A stretch of 64,000 bases of DNA from Raillietiella orientalis (Eukaryota). The notes under the pieces were generated by a model. That model was not told where the DNA came from. It was given only the letters and a program-made list of their open reading frames with translations, and ran no database searches. A program made the position numbers and the translations under genes. This document shows, in pieces, positions 1-13,900 of this stretch. How positions within the stretch are numbered: the stretch's first letter is position 1; each line of letters starts with the position of its first letter. Where the stretch lies: the NCBI GenBank assembly GCA_036172245.1, contig JAYWIR010000018.1, positions 2,976,001-3,040,000 on the forward strand, given 5' to 3'.

Positions 1-3000
1 GTAACAGTAAGTGATACTAGAAAACGAGTGAAGAACCAACTGTCGGTGCGTTTGGCTCACAATGACAAAGAAAAAGTAAGTCATCTGCATCCCATTCGTT
101 CAAAGGAGATTCACAAGACAAGGAGGATCATAGGGAACTAAGAAAGAAGGGAGGAGGTTACATCTCTTCGTATGCTTCATGTGTGTGTACGTAAGATGAT
201 TGATGTTCCGATTACTGTGTTGCCTTTTTCCATCACCACTAGAAACGAATTCGAAAACCATGTTACCTACACTGACATTAGGGATGAATTTTGAGCAATC
301 TATAGCACTATAAACATGGTGACTCCTGCAATTTTCTTCCCCATCGTCTACAATAACGGATGCAGTACTTCACAAGCACATCGCGCTACGGCCCATTCTC
401 CAAAGCACGCATCCATCTGTTTTCCGAAAGGTGCAACCACCACCACTCTTCCAAAGAGAAAAACATCGAATTACTACAACCTTGGGAGTTGCGGCAACCG
501 CTACCGCTTGCTGTACGCTCGCTCAAACTCTCGCATAGATTATAAGCCACCGTCAAATGCCGTTAACAGTGGGAGATCTTTTGGCTCGGGAAAATCACGT
601 TTTTCAATCATTCAGCGAGCTGCGAAATGCTCGCAAAGACACGCTAAGGGTTTCCAAGGCAATGAGGACAAGCAGGGCGATCCCAGAGAGATCATTAAAA
701 GTTTGAACATGCAAGTAATGGATTCAGAAGATTTTGCGATGTCTGATCTTCGATCGTGCTGGTCAGCATGAAATCAAAGAAATCAAAAGAAGATTGAAGT
801 GAGGGAGACCTTAGGATAAAGCTCCGGGAATCTGGAACACTTTCTGAGTATTAGATATTTCGAAACTGCAGCTTGCATCTTATCGATGCAAGGAACATTG
901 ATTTCCCGCAGCATGATGAAGAATTCGTTTCCTGATACATGGAGATTACATGGTCCAGCCGCTCTAATTATCCATTCATTTTAAGGAAATAGGTTGCGTG
1001 CTCCGAAGAAACAATAATCCTGGAGCTTGGAATTTCCCAAGCTCTGTGATCTCGTAAAGGGGGAAAGGGGGGGGGATTGGGATGAAGGAAAAGAAACGTT
1101 CGTGCTGTGTCAAGGTGGAGTGCCGACGGGAAACGCAGCAACAAGCTCCACCTCAGTTGCAAATTACGGAGTCGTCGTGATACCAGCGAAGACAGTCAGC
1201 ATTCCAGCTGCAGAAGCCCCTCGCAGCTCTGAAGATCCAGGAGCACGGATGACAGTCGAAGCAGAACACACCCGCATTACCTACATCCCAGATTTTCGCG
1301 AACCACTTCACCACCCTGGGGAAAGTTTGCATGGGGCGAAAGGGTCGTCGAGGGTCAGTCTTTCACGAGCCTTCTCTTCTTTCCTTGCGAAGCTTCTTCT
1401 GCTTCCCGCTCACAAGAGATTTCGCGAAAACCTTCCCAATGCTCGAATTCCTTGGGTTTTCCACCTTCCAAACACGGGCCGCTGCATGTCCGTTCGTAGG
1501 GGGCCTTTCCGCTGGAATTCGGTCCAGTTTTTTTCTTCAGGTTGAACGAGATGAGTTGAGAGTTGGGAGAGTTCAGAGTTAGTACGAGGGCACATAAAGT
1601 CAGAAGCTTCCTTTGGGAAAAAACACACACACAAAAAAAAGAAGCATTCCCGGCTCGTGTCCTTCCGATACCTTAGTTGTTCGGTTTTTTTGCCTTTCCT
1701 TTTTTAATCCGAGAGGACCGAGGTCGAGGGGAGCTGAACACTTTGACAGGGTCAACCCTTGTTTCCTTGTCCAGCCTGCTCCAAAAAAAAATAATCAAGC
1801 TCCAAACGGAGGCCAGCATCCTTACAAGGATGCAGAGGATGCCCTTCAGCACCCGGGTATCCCTTCTCGAACCTCCCAATTTTTTGTTTATGCATTTTTT
1901 GTGTTTTTTTTAGTTGTCTCCCGACAGCAGAGGAGTCGCAGCAGTGGTCGACAGTAGAGGAGGAGCCCTCTGCTGTCGATTCGAACCTCGCCGGCTGCGC
2001 GCCGGTTATTGGTAGGCTCCTTTTTGTATATATATGTAACGTGGCAGGACCAAGTGTCCTGCCACTGACTTGTATCTTTATTTTATAACTAAATGCTTCT
2101 GCGCAACCGGGTGTCAACCGAATGGAGGTTTTCCGTGCACATCAAACACCGAGGGATCCCAATGGAAGCACAGTTGGAATTCCTCAGTTGCGATGGAAGT
2201 TTCCCCGATCGGCGCCTCGACACGTCCAGTTTCAAAAGAAAGCAGATCGTCACGGGAGATGCAGCTCCGGAGACGAGTCTCCGCAGCCTCCTGTTCCCTT
2301 TGACGGGAAGAGCCTGATAAGCTCCAGGTAAGATTCCAAGGTGGCAAGCGTCTTCCCGCCGACGCAAGGCATAAGTCCTTTATTTCGTCCCCATATCCGT
2401 CGCCTGGATCTGGGGTCCGCGTAACGGACACGCCAGACAAGGGCAAAAGTCGCAAATTTCAGGGGAAATGAAAAAGAGGACACGAAAGGAGGGTCTTCGG
2501 TGGAGGTTCTTTTCGTGTGTGCTTGCAGTGCACACCGCCCTGGGAAAAGCAGGAACGTGCTGTTCCTTCCTATTCCTTCCACGCTCTGCTTCTTCGGGAG
2601 CGAGCGGGACACCAGAGCGCATATACGGACACACAGCAGGCACAGGTCGCTCATCGTTGCTACGATTTGACACACGCGGACGCCGTGCTACTCTTAAAGT
2701 GGCTGCCGATTGCGGATCCGCCGGAAGACCAGGGAGACCGACTCGCACGTCCGCTCCCCAGCTGAATCGAACGAGAGGAAAAAGCATGCCTGAAAAAGAA
2801 AAAAAGGACAAATCGAAGCCCAAGAAGCGAAATTCCTTACAGAGTGGGGAAAGGCACATCATTGCTTAGGTGGAAAGTATAGGTGCCAAATCCGAGGAGA
2901 TACTTGCGAAACAACCGGTAGTAGTAGTAGTAGTTTTTTTTTTTTGAAGGGGGGGGGGGCAGAATCGGGAACGAAATTTTTATTCTCTCCTCTGAATTTC

Positions 3001-4878
3001 TGAACGACTTGGACAGCTGGATCACGAACTCGCCAATTCGCAATCCATAAACGTGTCCGACTTGCAAACGGCTTACGGCAGCAACCAGGGACATGTGGGA
3101 CTCGAAGCACAGGACAAACGGTTTAAAATGTCACTAATGGCAACCATGAAGAATGAAATTTTCACAAACCTTTTTTTTCTCAAGGAGCAGTTCTCCCCCA
3201 TTGGAGCACCGGATTGGAATAAGAAAGGAAACAGGGAGGGGAAAAAGAGTTTCTAATCGCGAGCCAAAGTCTTCCTATAAAAGTTGTACGTTGTCTCCCA
3301 TTTCAATGAGCTTGTATATTGGAAAAGTTGGTGCCATACCTCTTTTATATGCATGCAAGGAGATTCTGACAGTTTGGTACATCAAACAGACAGTCGCTCT
3401 TTCCTTTGAAAAAGATTCTCATGAGTTTTCTGCTTTCCCCCTCCTAAATAGTAGGGATCCGACCTTTTTATTTTATTTTATTTCTTCACATATTACTAAA
3501 GTTAACAAAAGCGCCCGTTCCCTACAGTTTCTTATCCCTCTAATCGTTTACCTAGGCAACGACAAAGTTTGGATTCCATTGTTGCCACACGTTTTCTTCC
3601 TGGCTTTTTTTTTCTTTTAATTTCCTGCCGAATCATCAGCAAAATGAACAAATAGATGGATCCAAAGTTTTGAAGAGTTTCATTGATGACTTGCTAACTC
3701 CATGTGCAGATACTTAGCAAAATGGTGATGGTGGGTAGTTTCCAAGAGCGAATCTGGTCTTCTGCGATACTCTCGCTTTCACACTGCCTTCTTTTTGCAT
3801 GTTGTTCTTTCCTATCTCCCCCCCCCCCCCTTTTCCGTTTGTTTGTTTGCTTGAATGGTTGTTTCAATTAACCACTGTGCATCAGCGCGAATGCGAGTAC
3901 AAATAAAGCAGCGACAAAGCGTGACGCAATGGATGAAAAAATCCTGTCAGAAAGGATATATATATGTACATACATACATACACATACGGGGACGGACGTT
4001 AGGTAAGGAAGAGTTCCACGGAAAGTCCCCGGATGCCATGAATAAACCACGCATCTCTACTGGATGCGACTCGCAGGATCAGCGAACTCGGCTCGTTTAA
4101 GAACTCCCCTTTCTGCCCTTTTCGTAGAATCGTCATCTCTGCTTGTCTCCATTTTTCTTGCTGCTTATTCATCGGGTGCTCGTGATTGCTGTAATTTCTC
4201 TCTCCTCCCCCATTTTCGTTTCTCTCGAGGTGGGGGGTAGGGCAGGACAGGCAGGTCCAGGAGGAGCACACAGACTGGAGATGCATGTGAGAACCCTGCG
4301 CTGCTGTGGCGTCGGAATGACCGACCCCTGGGAAAGGTACCAGCGAGTGCGGCGGGCTCGTAAGACGTGGAGGCGGACCGGACCACCTTGGGAACCGGTG
4401 TCTACTGCCTCTTCCTGGAGCACGCAGAATAAAAGGGAAGCAAGGGCATCACGCATCTGAGGCGCGCGAACGGCGTCGTCGTCCCTCGGGGCTACCGCCA
4501 GAGAGAGCCGGCAGCAGCAGTATCGCAGGGAGAGGCAGCGGGCGGAAGAACTCGGGGTAGTGACGGAGAGGCGACGGTCTCTTCCCTTGTTTCCCTGTGA
4601 CCCTGGAAGTCTTTCTTCCCACCTCCCACCGGATATATGCTGGAAGGACCTTGTGTGCTATCCCGAACACCGAAGAACCTCCAGACGAAAGCAAAGGGAG
4701 AGGGGTGCCACGGCAAACGCGTCAGCGGAGGCAGAAGAGGGGTGCAAAGAGTGCGCCGCCCTAAGGTGGACGTGCAGGCTAACCACCTGCTTCCTCTTCC
4801 CCGGCCCTCCCTCCCCTTGCGCGCCCACCACCCACACCCACCGTTCTCCTCCCTTTCGGTCTCGTAAGCCGGACATAC

Positions 4879-4993
4879 CTTGGAACAAGGCTTCGAACGA
4901 GGAAGCTGCTGCTGCTGCTGCCGCTGCTCCAAACGCTGCGACGACGAAGGAGTAGACGTGTACCACCGCCAGCAGGTAGACCGGCGGCGCCAT
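4879..4993 (-). CDS. Possible first coding exon (signal peptide) of an unidentified secreted or membrane protein; remaining exons not resolved
   Basis: ATG at 4993 gives MAPPVYLLAVVHVYSFVVAAFGAAAAAAASSFEALFQ, followed by a good donor AAG|GTATGT. It lies downstream of a GC-rich region. No recognisable domain in candidate downstream exons. Confidence 0.35.
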
Positions 4994-5400
4994 CGTGGGG
5001 TGGGCGGGCGGGCGGCACGCACGAGTCGGCGACGAGGGGCGGACCGCACTGCACGCCGCACGCCGTTCTGCAAGGATGGGAGGGAGGAGGAGGAGGAGGA
5101 GGGAGACAGGGAAGAGAACGCTTTGCACGCGCCGCCGCCGCCGACTCCTCTGCTCTCCCGCTCGCTTGCTTGCTCGCTCGCTCTCCGCGCGCGCGAGTTC
5201 TCCGGACAGGGAATTGATCCCGATTAGTGCCCGCCGCCGCGCTCTTCGGGAAGGAAGTCTGGAAGGAGTGCTGCTCCTCCAGGGGGCATGCGCGCGTGCG
5301 CGCGCGATCGATCGATCGCCTCGCCTGCGCACGCATTCCCCCGCCGCTCTCCAGCAAAGAGAGCCCGCTCTCCTTCTTCGCTCTTCCGCTGCTAGGATTG
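4900..5400. repeat. GC-rich low-complexity region with (GCT)n, (GGA)n, (GCC)n and (CG)n runs
   Basis: Direct reading, e.g. gctgctgctgctgctg at ~4905-4920 and ggaggaggaggaggagga at ~5082-5100. Confidence 0.7.
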
Positions 5401-6671
5401 ACGGCGCTCGCTTCAGGGAAGCCGAGGCGGAAGGATCCGCCCATCCCCCTACGGTCCCCGTGCGCCTTCTCTCCCCTACACTCATCCGCTAGGGGACGGC
5501 GCTAAATCTCGCAGGTCGCAGTGCGAGACCTTGGATGGAACACTCAGGAGGGGTCTTCCCCTCCTGACAGATCTCCGGATTGACGTGGGAGTCCAGCAGC
5601 GAAATCTGGGCGCTTCCACACAGCGGCACGACGTCCCGTAACCGAGGTCAAGTGAAGACGACCCAAATCTTGCACACGAGGCTCTCTACAGGAAAGATTC
5701 GCAGCTTCCGAAGCAAACTTCCGCTACACCTCAACAGGTCTCTTTCTGGAAGGCAGAGTCTCCTTCTCCTGCTTTCAGCACATAAAAAGAAGGGAGCCGA
5801 GTGCAGGCTTCCATCCGTCGACACGCTCCCAGGGAACACGCGTTCCCTTTACCAGAGCCGTAGGCAGCGCAGGCTGGAATCCTATCTGGACGACCCTTCT
5901 GATAGACCTCGGCAGCACGAACGGGGGAGCAAGATTCAACGCCTAAATGCTCAAAAAGAATATACTGGTTGTTCCAGAATTTTCCCATCGCTCTCGGAAG
6001 ATTTTTCGGATTTTTTCGGTTCTTGCTCCTTTCTTCCCGGAAGGCCAAGAACCCAATCCGACTGTTTCAGCTTTCTCTTTTGCATGGTTAGGATGCGTCA
6101 ACTGCGGGCTGGAAGTAACCCTACGCGGAGCATTCTCAACCACTTTAGGCATAGCGGTGAATGTGAGCAATCTTTGCCATCATTGAGACGACAGAATTTC
6201 GTCCTTCATCAACCAATCCTACTGTACTCCTACTACTTCATGGGATCTTTCCTCGAGTTGAACGGGTGAAATACCAACACAATAAACAGAGCGCATTCGC
6301 ATTTATTTCGGAAAATATGAAAAAGCATTTTTTGTCTTTACTGAGAATATTTTCGTTCCCAAATGCTCCAATCCTCGGCTTTTCTACCAGACTTCTTCCA
6401 TAATGGTTAAATTCCTGCAGATCATTCCCTTCAAGTCACATTGGGCCGAACATCCTTTCTACTAGGTGATTACACTCACAATTCCTCTCTCGACAACTAT
6501 CGTGCAGCACAAGTATGTTCTCAAGGAAGGCTGGAGGTCGAAAAAGACGTTAGGTTTACAATTCAGCAGCACTTCTGCAAGAAAGAATAACACAACAGGG
6601 TGGTGACAGTGTACTGACGCTGCCCAAAGAGGTCTTCCAGTATTGCAACACATAGTGGTTGGTCTCCGGAC

Positions 6672-9141
6672 TTAATAAGATCGAGCGATATAGAGTAGTT
6701 CATCCCAATACTCGGGATTAATATCATTGAGGAGGCAGCCCATTACTCGTATAGCGTTCTCATTTTGAGCTACCATTTCCGATCGTGATTCATCACCAAG
6801 ATGAGAATAGCCAACCATCGTTGGTCCAAATACCGTGGCTAAGTTGTCAGCAGGCATCTTACATGCTGCACTTCTTGCTACACGACAGAGGTGTGATAGT
6901 AGGAAGGCTAGAGTGTCACGGTTTGGTACAGGTAACTGCTGTATCGCATTGTGAAGACTCCTTCGTCTGACCTCAATGTCAGGAGATGTTGTGGCCTCAA
7001 GAAACGTCTCCAGGAACCTTGTGGGTATCACATGTTCTGTAAGTGACTTCAAAAAGTCTTTGAGTACACTGCACACAGCATGAATCTTATAGAGAGATAA
7101 CTTGGGTTTTCCGGGACTCTTCAGTAAGAGATTCTGGAAAGTATATGCATACATGCACGAGGAATAAAAAAAAAAATTGTTTACCTTCAACTCCTTCACA
7201 GATTTAATAGCACCTGGAACTCGATAAATACCCTTCACGTCAAGACCATGGTCTTCCACATGTTGTACACAACGTATAATGATAGCAGGTATTTGAGGGC
7301 GTGTAACGTACTTGAAATTTCTAAGGCTACCACCTTCCTTTATCTGCGGAGTAGAAGCGCATGGTAATGGCACAAAGTTGTCACAATTACGGTGACAACG
7401 CGCACAGCAACCCCTACAAAGATATGCTATATTGAAAATTCGAAGGCGCTCTCCACATCCTTGACACAGTCTCAGATGGGTCACAAATGTAGCCCTAAAA
7501 CTATGAGGTGTTCGGGGTAATTTCGAGCATGTTGTATCCTCAAAAGGATAAGTTCTTCCGGTTAATATGGAAGATGCCGCACCCTCGGCAGGAAGAACAG
7601 GTTGTGTTATTTCGCTGATTACGTGTACAGTTTCTTCTCTTGGAATTAGAACACTTTCATCCTCAGATCTGAGGACTGGTCTTGTTGGTGGAGCTTCTTT
7701 GAATGCTTCGGGCACCTTTGAAGGAGACCCAATTTTTTCTATTTCACGGTCTGGGAAACTGTGAATATGAACCAAGCAAACAAATGAGTAAATACCTTCC
7801 TGGAGTACCCTGGAATCTACTGCAACATCAAGATCACCAGTAACTTTTGCCGCTGCAGAAAATCGTGTTGGACTTTCCAAGACTGTATCTGCTTCCAATT
7901 TCTAGAGAGTTATGGAAGGGTTGCAAAAATCAGCTGGTTGTTTGCCAATGAACACTTGCTTCGTCAGTAGCAGAAAGTTCATCCGAAGGGCGATACCTCT
8001 TTCGAGGAGGGGTTTCATCTAATGTTCTCTTCTCCCGAGACGTCATGCTGTATTCCGCGTCACGTGAAAGTTCCAAGTCATCTGCTACGGAAGTGCTCTC
8101 ACGGGCTGCTGCACCTGCATATGTATTTATTCAACATATGTACTCCGCTTGAACCCTCTCAGCATGAAATCCAAATGCAAAGTCTCCAAAATGACCATGT
8201 TGAAACATTTCACATCTCAAACGACCACAAAATCATCGTCAGACTATTGGAAACGCCCATAATTAAGTTGACTATTCGCAATCGAGAATCGAATCGACCG
8301 GTGTTGGCTCAGTGGACAGTGGCCGCATGTGGACAGTGAACGTACAGCATGGATGTTCATTGAAAGATTCAAACATTCACGAGTGTTCGAATCTACAGGT
8401 TAGAATGAAAAGTAACGGTACCACGATCCTCGTCTGAAACTCTCACATCTGGGAACTCCTTCTGGGCAGATTCGGTACTCATTCTCCGCTTCAAATATGG
8501 ATGAACAATTTTTTTAGATTCCAGCATGTCCTCCAACAACTTTATGTCAGTTTCCTACAAAATGTTGCCAGTGCAAGAACATAAAAACGCCTTCGTTACT
8601 ACACCATTTAGTAGAACGTACCGCATTAAGCAACTGCTGTAAATAAGTCCCCACAGCAGATCTTTGATCGCCCAGAAATTCGCTCACATCTCTGAATCTG
8701 TCAAAGAGCTGCTCTATTTTAGTGGTTTCATAATCTGGTAAAATTTCCACATTCCAATTTCTGGCTTCCCATGTCTCAATGAGGCTCTTCAGCTGCAAAG
8801 CCCACTGCCATACATTCGAAACGCTCTCTGTAATAAAGAAACGAAATCACTGGAGGAAACTCTCGCACAGAGCATTCCAATACAACTTAATATAAATTTT
8901 TAGGATATCCTTTAATTATCTCATACGCTGAACTCAATTCCATCATACAAATAGATTATACGATGCAACACCATACAAGGAAACGGTAATGATTGCGATG
9001 AACCGATGTCACTTACACAAAATGCCAACGATTACAACGTAGGAAGTTACCAGTTTGCTCCATCAGGGTATCCACACTGCTCCTTAACTCCTCCACGATC
9101 CCATCGAGAAGTTTTCTCAACGTTTCGTCAGTTGTTTCCAT
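6672..9141 (-). CDS. RacGAP1/CYK-4-like paralog, copy 1 (coiled coil, C1, RhoGAP; ~572 aa; C-terminally truncated; Arg finger retained)
   Basis: Exons 9141-9051, 8827-8622, 8554-8422, 8114-7960, 7901-7796, 7750-7185 and 7133-6672 splice in frame (1719 nt). C1 motif HSF..CQGC..C..C..CH..C..LPC; GAP motifs GIYRVPG, LKDFLKSL, NLATVFGP. Confidence 0.88.
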
Positions 9142-10988
9142 AGTTCGTTAATTACAGTATTCTTCAAAGAATTTGGAATCGAAGTGTTGCTTTCAATAAT
9201 TTTTCAAAGCTGGATCTTGAAAACGAGATATATGCTCAGAAATCGCGGAATAGTTTCCGATGAAACCGTACCAAAGTCCTGGGGATGCACACGGGATAGA
9301 CGGCTGAACCGTAATCAAAGAGGTAGGACAGTTGGCGAGGTGATGGGCGAATTGAGCGCTTTCCGATAGAAGACTGACAGCCGACAGATATCGGGAATCT
9401 TCCTCGCAGATTGCAAAAGGAAGTCGATTCTGGGTTACTAAGGAAAGTAGAAGGGAGCACTGGAAAAATTAGTGACTTCCAGTTCTTCAAGGGAAAGGGG
9501 AGTTGTTTCTCACTAGGGAGGAAGAGTGTCTTGGAAGAAAGAAAGTAGCAATTTCCGAGGAAAGATTCGAAGAAAGGTTCTTTAAGAGGTTTCCATGGCG
9601 AGCTGGTGTTGTCAATGGAGGACGGGCTGTGTGTGCCATCCGGACGAACTTGCGGACTGTCCTTTCCCTCGTGTTCAAAATCTTACTAGCTACCAATTCT
9701 TATGACTTTCCAACGCCGTTTCCGAAAATGCGAACAAGCATTTCCATTCCACACCCTCTTCCAGAGCAGACGGAAACAACAAACCCGCAGGCTAGCTACC
9801 GCTAGCGGACCTAAGTGGCCGGACCGCGTCCACGACTACATGGCAAAGCAGACGTGGTTAGCACAGAGAAAGGAGATGCACACAGGATCCTCACGTCTGC
9901 TACCGATGGCATTTTGTCTCTCCAATATCCCACAGTAGCAATCGTAGCTTTCTGCTGCGCTGCCGCGAAACCTCAAACACGGTCACAAAGGATACAACGC
10001 GGTCACATTGGTTTCCGCAGAAAGTCCCATGCACACGCGTGTCTTCGCTTTCCCCCGTCCGTCTTCCCTTTCCTGCCCAGCGCGAACCCGTACCAGGGAT
10101 ATGTAGGTAGGAAAATCTTGAAACAATCGTATGTAACGCACATCGCCCTTTTCGACACCGTCACTCTGTCGAATGTTGGCGTGTGAGGAATTCCTGGAAC
10201 AACCTGACTCGTGGAAATGAGGTGCTCAAAATCAACTCTGCACAAAGTTGGCCCGAAATTTTCTGAATTGCAAATGAAATTCCCTATGCCTTGAAGCACT
10301 CGCCACACCTCCGACAGCAGAAAGGACAAAGAACACAACGCAGCAGCGCGTGCGTTCCGCCTTTCCTTCATTATGGCATGTCGTCACCTCTTTTCGTCTT
10401 CAGTGTCCTAAGATGAGCAACGCACGCAGGCAGACAACTCATCCGCGAGATCTGAAATCGGTCCTTCAAGATGCTGCGTACGTTATGTTCACAGCATCTC
10501 CGTTTTCCCACTGTTAGGTAAACGACCTGTTTCGGCATCCATCGTTGGACCTGGGTCTCTGCACCTCGTTTGCCCTGCACCGTTGCTCTTCTTCGAGATT
10601 GAACTAATTAACTTCATTTTGTATCTTCGTAACGACAAGTTCGGCACACTGTCAACTTTCGGCAGCCTATCCTCATATTCCCACGTGCGGTCACTTTTCT
10701 CACACTGTTTCCGAGCATGCAGTACTTCACAAGTATACGTCATCTTCCCCGTTAGGTAGCACCGAACTGAATGATCAAAGGAAACAAAAAGAAAGGCACC
10801 TTGATGCAATCGCCGTACTTTGCTTTCATTTGTTTGACTTTGTTCGATGCATCCCCCATTTTGATGATGGTCTTTCAACTTGGTTGAACAACCGACGGGT
10901 TGCCTCCTTGCATACCTACGCAACGCCCGTATGCCAGCAGAGCAACCCGAACTGGTGAAGGATGACGACCATGCCTACAGCCCCTGCC

Positions 10989-13900
10989 AGTTCTGGCCCT
11001 GCTGCAGGAGATTCACGCACTCTCCGAGCAGCTAGCGGCCGATCTGGCAGTTCGCGCAGGCGGGACGCTCCATTGGAGGTCAGACTCCCAGAATACTTGC
11101 GGTGTGGCATTCCTTGTCCGGGGCAGGGTGGCGGGGGCGGTGCGGAGCGTTTGTTTCGACAAGGAAGGTCGTGTGGGCCAACTTGTTCTCAAGTGGTCCG
11201 AATCGATCGACCTTGTCGTCACGAACGTGTAAGCGCCAAGCGGCTCGGCGCGTCACACCAAGAAACTCGAGTTTTTCGAGAGACTGCGCGACCGCTGGCT
11301 CAGCAACTCCGACCGTGACGTGGCTCACCTCGTAGCCGGGGACTTCAACGTCCACGCGCTATCGGAGGAGTCTCACCGTCGCCGGGAGAAGCAGTTGGTG
11401 AACGAGGTGTGAGCGTCCGTGCACTCCTCGAATTTGCTGGCCGACGATCCCGGGGTGCGTGCTTTGCCGGACCATGTGTTACTCGACGATCACCTGCATT
11501 GTCGGGTGGGTCGAAGAGGTCCCGTTCCGTCCGAGCTTTCCGACCACCACAGGCTGGATTTGGAGATACTCCCTCCTGGCAAGGGTCCTCCGACGCACGT
11601 CTGGAGGTTGCCGGCCGACTGGCTAAGGAATCCGGTGGCTGCGGAGCACCTCCGCCAGCATCTCCGAAGCTTGACCATTTGGGAGCTCATGGACTGGGAC
11701 GATCTGAAAAGATCGGTTTGCGAGTTCTGCAGCCGGTTCCCCTTGCGCCTGCTTCCCCGTGGCTTCGGAGAAGGTGTGGCCAACAGCAGAGAGTTTCTGC
11801 AGGCCCGCCAATTCTCCCGATGCCCGGACGTCCGGTACCTTGCGAAGTACAAGGCCAAGGCCGAGCGCCAGGTCTGGCAGTCAGGAGCGGCTTGTCTGCT
11901 CGACGACCAGGGCCTGGAGTGCTCGGGCGCAGCCTACGTTCGCCGCCTCCTGAAGCGCTACTACTGCTCCTTGTATGCTAGGGAGCCGACGGAACGCAGT
12001 CTCTCGGAGCTGCTTCTGCCGGCGGATTCCCCTGCGGTCGACGAGGAGGAACGCGCCACTCTTGACTTGCCCTTCACGGCGGAAGAAGTGTCTTCCGCCA
12101 TAGAGGACCTCAAGAAGCGCAAGGCTCCAGGTGAGGATGGTCTGCCTGCGGAGTTCTTCCAGTGCTTCGCGGCAGAACTCATCCCCCTGGTGCTGAGGCT
12201 TTCTGCGCTGATGCGAGAGACGGGCAATGTCCCGGCCTCGTTTCGCTCAGCAAGGGTGCGTCTCTTGCCGAAAGGCGGAGACATGCGCCATTTAAGCAAC
12301 TGGCGTCCGATCACTTTGGTGAATGCGGACGTCAAGTTGTTCTCCAGGCTCTGGGTCGCGCGCCTAGGCAGGATGGCTGGATCCGTGGTAAGCCCGGAGC
12401 AGTTCTACGCTGTTCCCGGGCGGTCCATGGAGCCGAACCTGTTCTTCGCGCGGACGTGGCTCGAGCTGCAACGTTGCGTGGCGCACGACAGCCAGGCAAC
12501 CGCATCTGCGGCTGCCGAGGCTAGGCGTCGCTGCATTCGGCCTGAGGAAGCGCTGGGTGCCTTGGCGGTCGCGGTCGATCTCCGCAAGGCGTTCGACTGC
12601 GTAAATCAGGATCTCCTCCTGGAGCTCCTGGAACGCCTCGGTCTCCCGGTGCACCTTGTGGCCTATTTGCGCGCTTGCTGGCGCCACGCGCTCATTTCGA
12701 TCTTTTTCAGCGGCTGCCATGTGTACGGCGTGCCGGTGCGGCGGGGCATCAGGCAGGGCGACAGCTTAAGCCCGTTGCTCTTCAGCATCTTCTTTGAGTT
12801 GGTGCTGAGGGCGCACAGTCTGACGCTGGCCAAACTGCCGAGCTCTTGTCCAGGAACGCCGTCCGTGGCGGCCTATGCCGACGACCTGCTTCTCCTTTTA
12901 CCCATGACCACCCCGGAGTTTAGTCTTGAGGATTTCTTCGAGCTGATTCGCCGGGGAGCGGGCATGAGCGTAAACCGGAGCAAGAGCGTGGTCGTTCCTA
13001 TTGGTGCGGCGTGGGAGGGGCAGTCCGACTGGATCCGCCTGGGGATCCTGACCGCTTCGTCCATCTGGGCGTTCCGCTGGGGAACATCAGCCCAGTGGAA
13101 GTGTGGTCGGACTGCCTAGGGAAGGCTACGAGTGCTCTGAGCCCGTTCCACCATGGCAGGTTCGTCCTGCCGGAACGGGCCGCGATATGGAACACCTTCA
13201 TTGCCCCCCTCTTACGCCCCCTGCTTTTTGTTTGCCCGTGCCCCTACTCGGCCAAGCTCCAGGCGCACAGCCTGTTGAGGAACGCTCTGTGGGGACCTGC
13301 GAGGTCCAGGATCCGCCTCAAAGACTTGGCGGCTCCGCGTCGGGATTCCGGCTTAGGCATCCTGACGCTTGAGAGAATCGAGCTGCAGGTGCAGCTTCGG
13401 ATGTTGGCCCTGTGCACCAACCTTTGGTCCACTCCGTGGTGCGCTCCCGCGCGCCTGCTTCTGCGGCGCTGCACAGGCAGCGATGGACTTCTGTCGCTGC
13501 GGCCGCACACGGTGCGCGCCACGAGAAGCTTCGGTTTCCCCTTGAAACCCCTCTACCGGCTCCTGGCAGCCCAGGAATGGATCTCCTGCCGCCCAACGAA
13601 CTTTGAAGCCAGGCGGCAGGAACCGTTGCATGGCTGGGCAAAGCACCAGGATGTTTCCCTCATGGAACTCCGTTGCTCTCACCTCTCCCCGTACTGCACG
13701 GTGGATGAGGTGTGCAACAACCAGGAGGTGTGGACCCGCATGGCCGTTACCCTCCTCGCCGACGCACTGTCAGCCCTCAGCGCAAGAGATGACAGCTGCG
13801 AACCGGCGAGATGGGAGGTCGCCTGCACCATCGCAGGAACAACACGACCTATTGGCGGCTGGAGGACTTGCGAGCTGGAGGACGCCGCCACTCCTCGCCA

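Noticed and set aside
1978..1987. tRNA T-loop/B-box-like GGTTCGAATC on the minus strand
   Set aside because: No cloverleaf stems or matching A box could be identified.
316..6269. ORFs in the first 6 kb (151, 172, 275 and 229 aa, etc.)
   Set aside because: Low-complexity or non-ATG ORFs without recognisable motifs, expected by chance in GC-rich DNA.
6672..7898. 408-aa ORF (and the 416-aa ORF at 51870-53120) as a complete intronless protein or retrocopy
   Set aside because: These ORFs read through short introns and lack the upstream exons. The copies retain all parental introns, so they are DNA-level duplicates.
9480..10930. Short ORFs of 60-145 aa repeated in each spacer
   Set aside because: They overlap on both strands, have no recognisable domain, and their conservation simply reflects unit identity.
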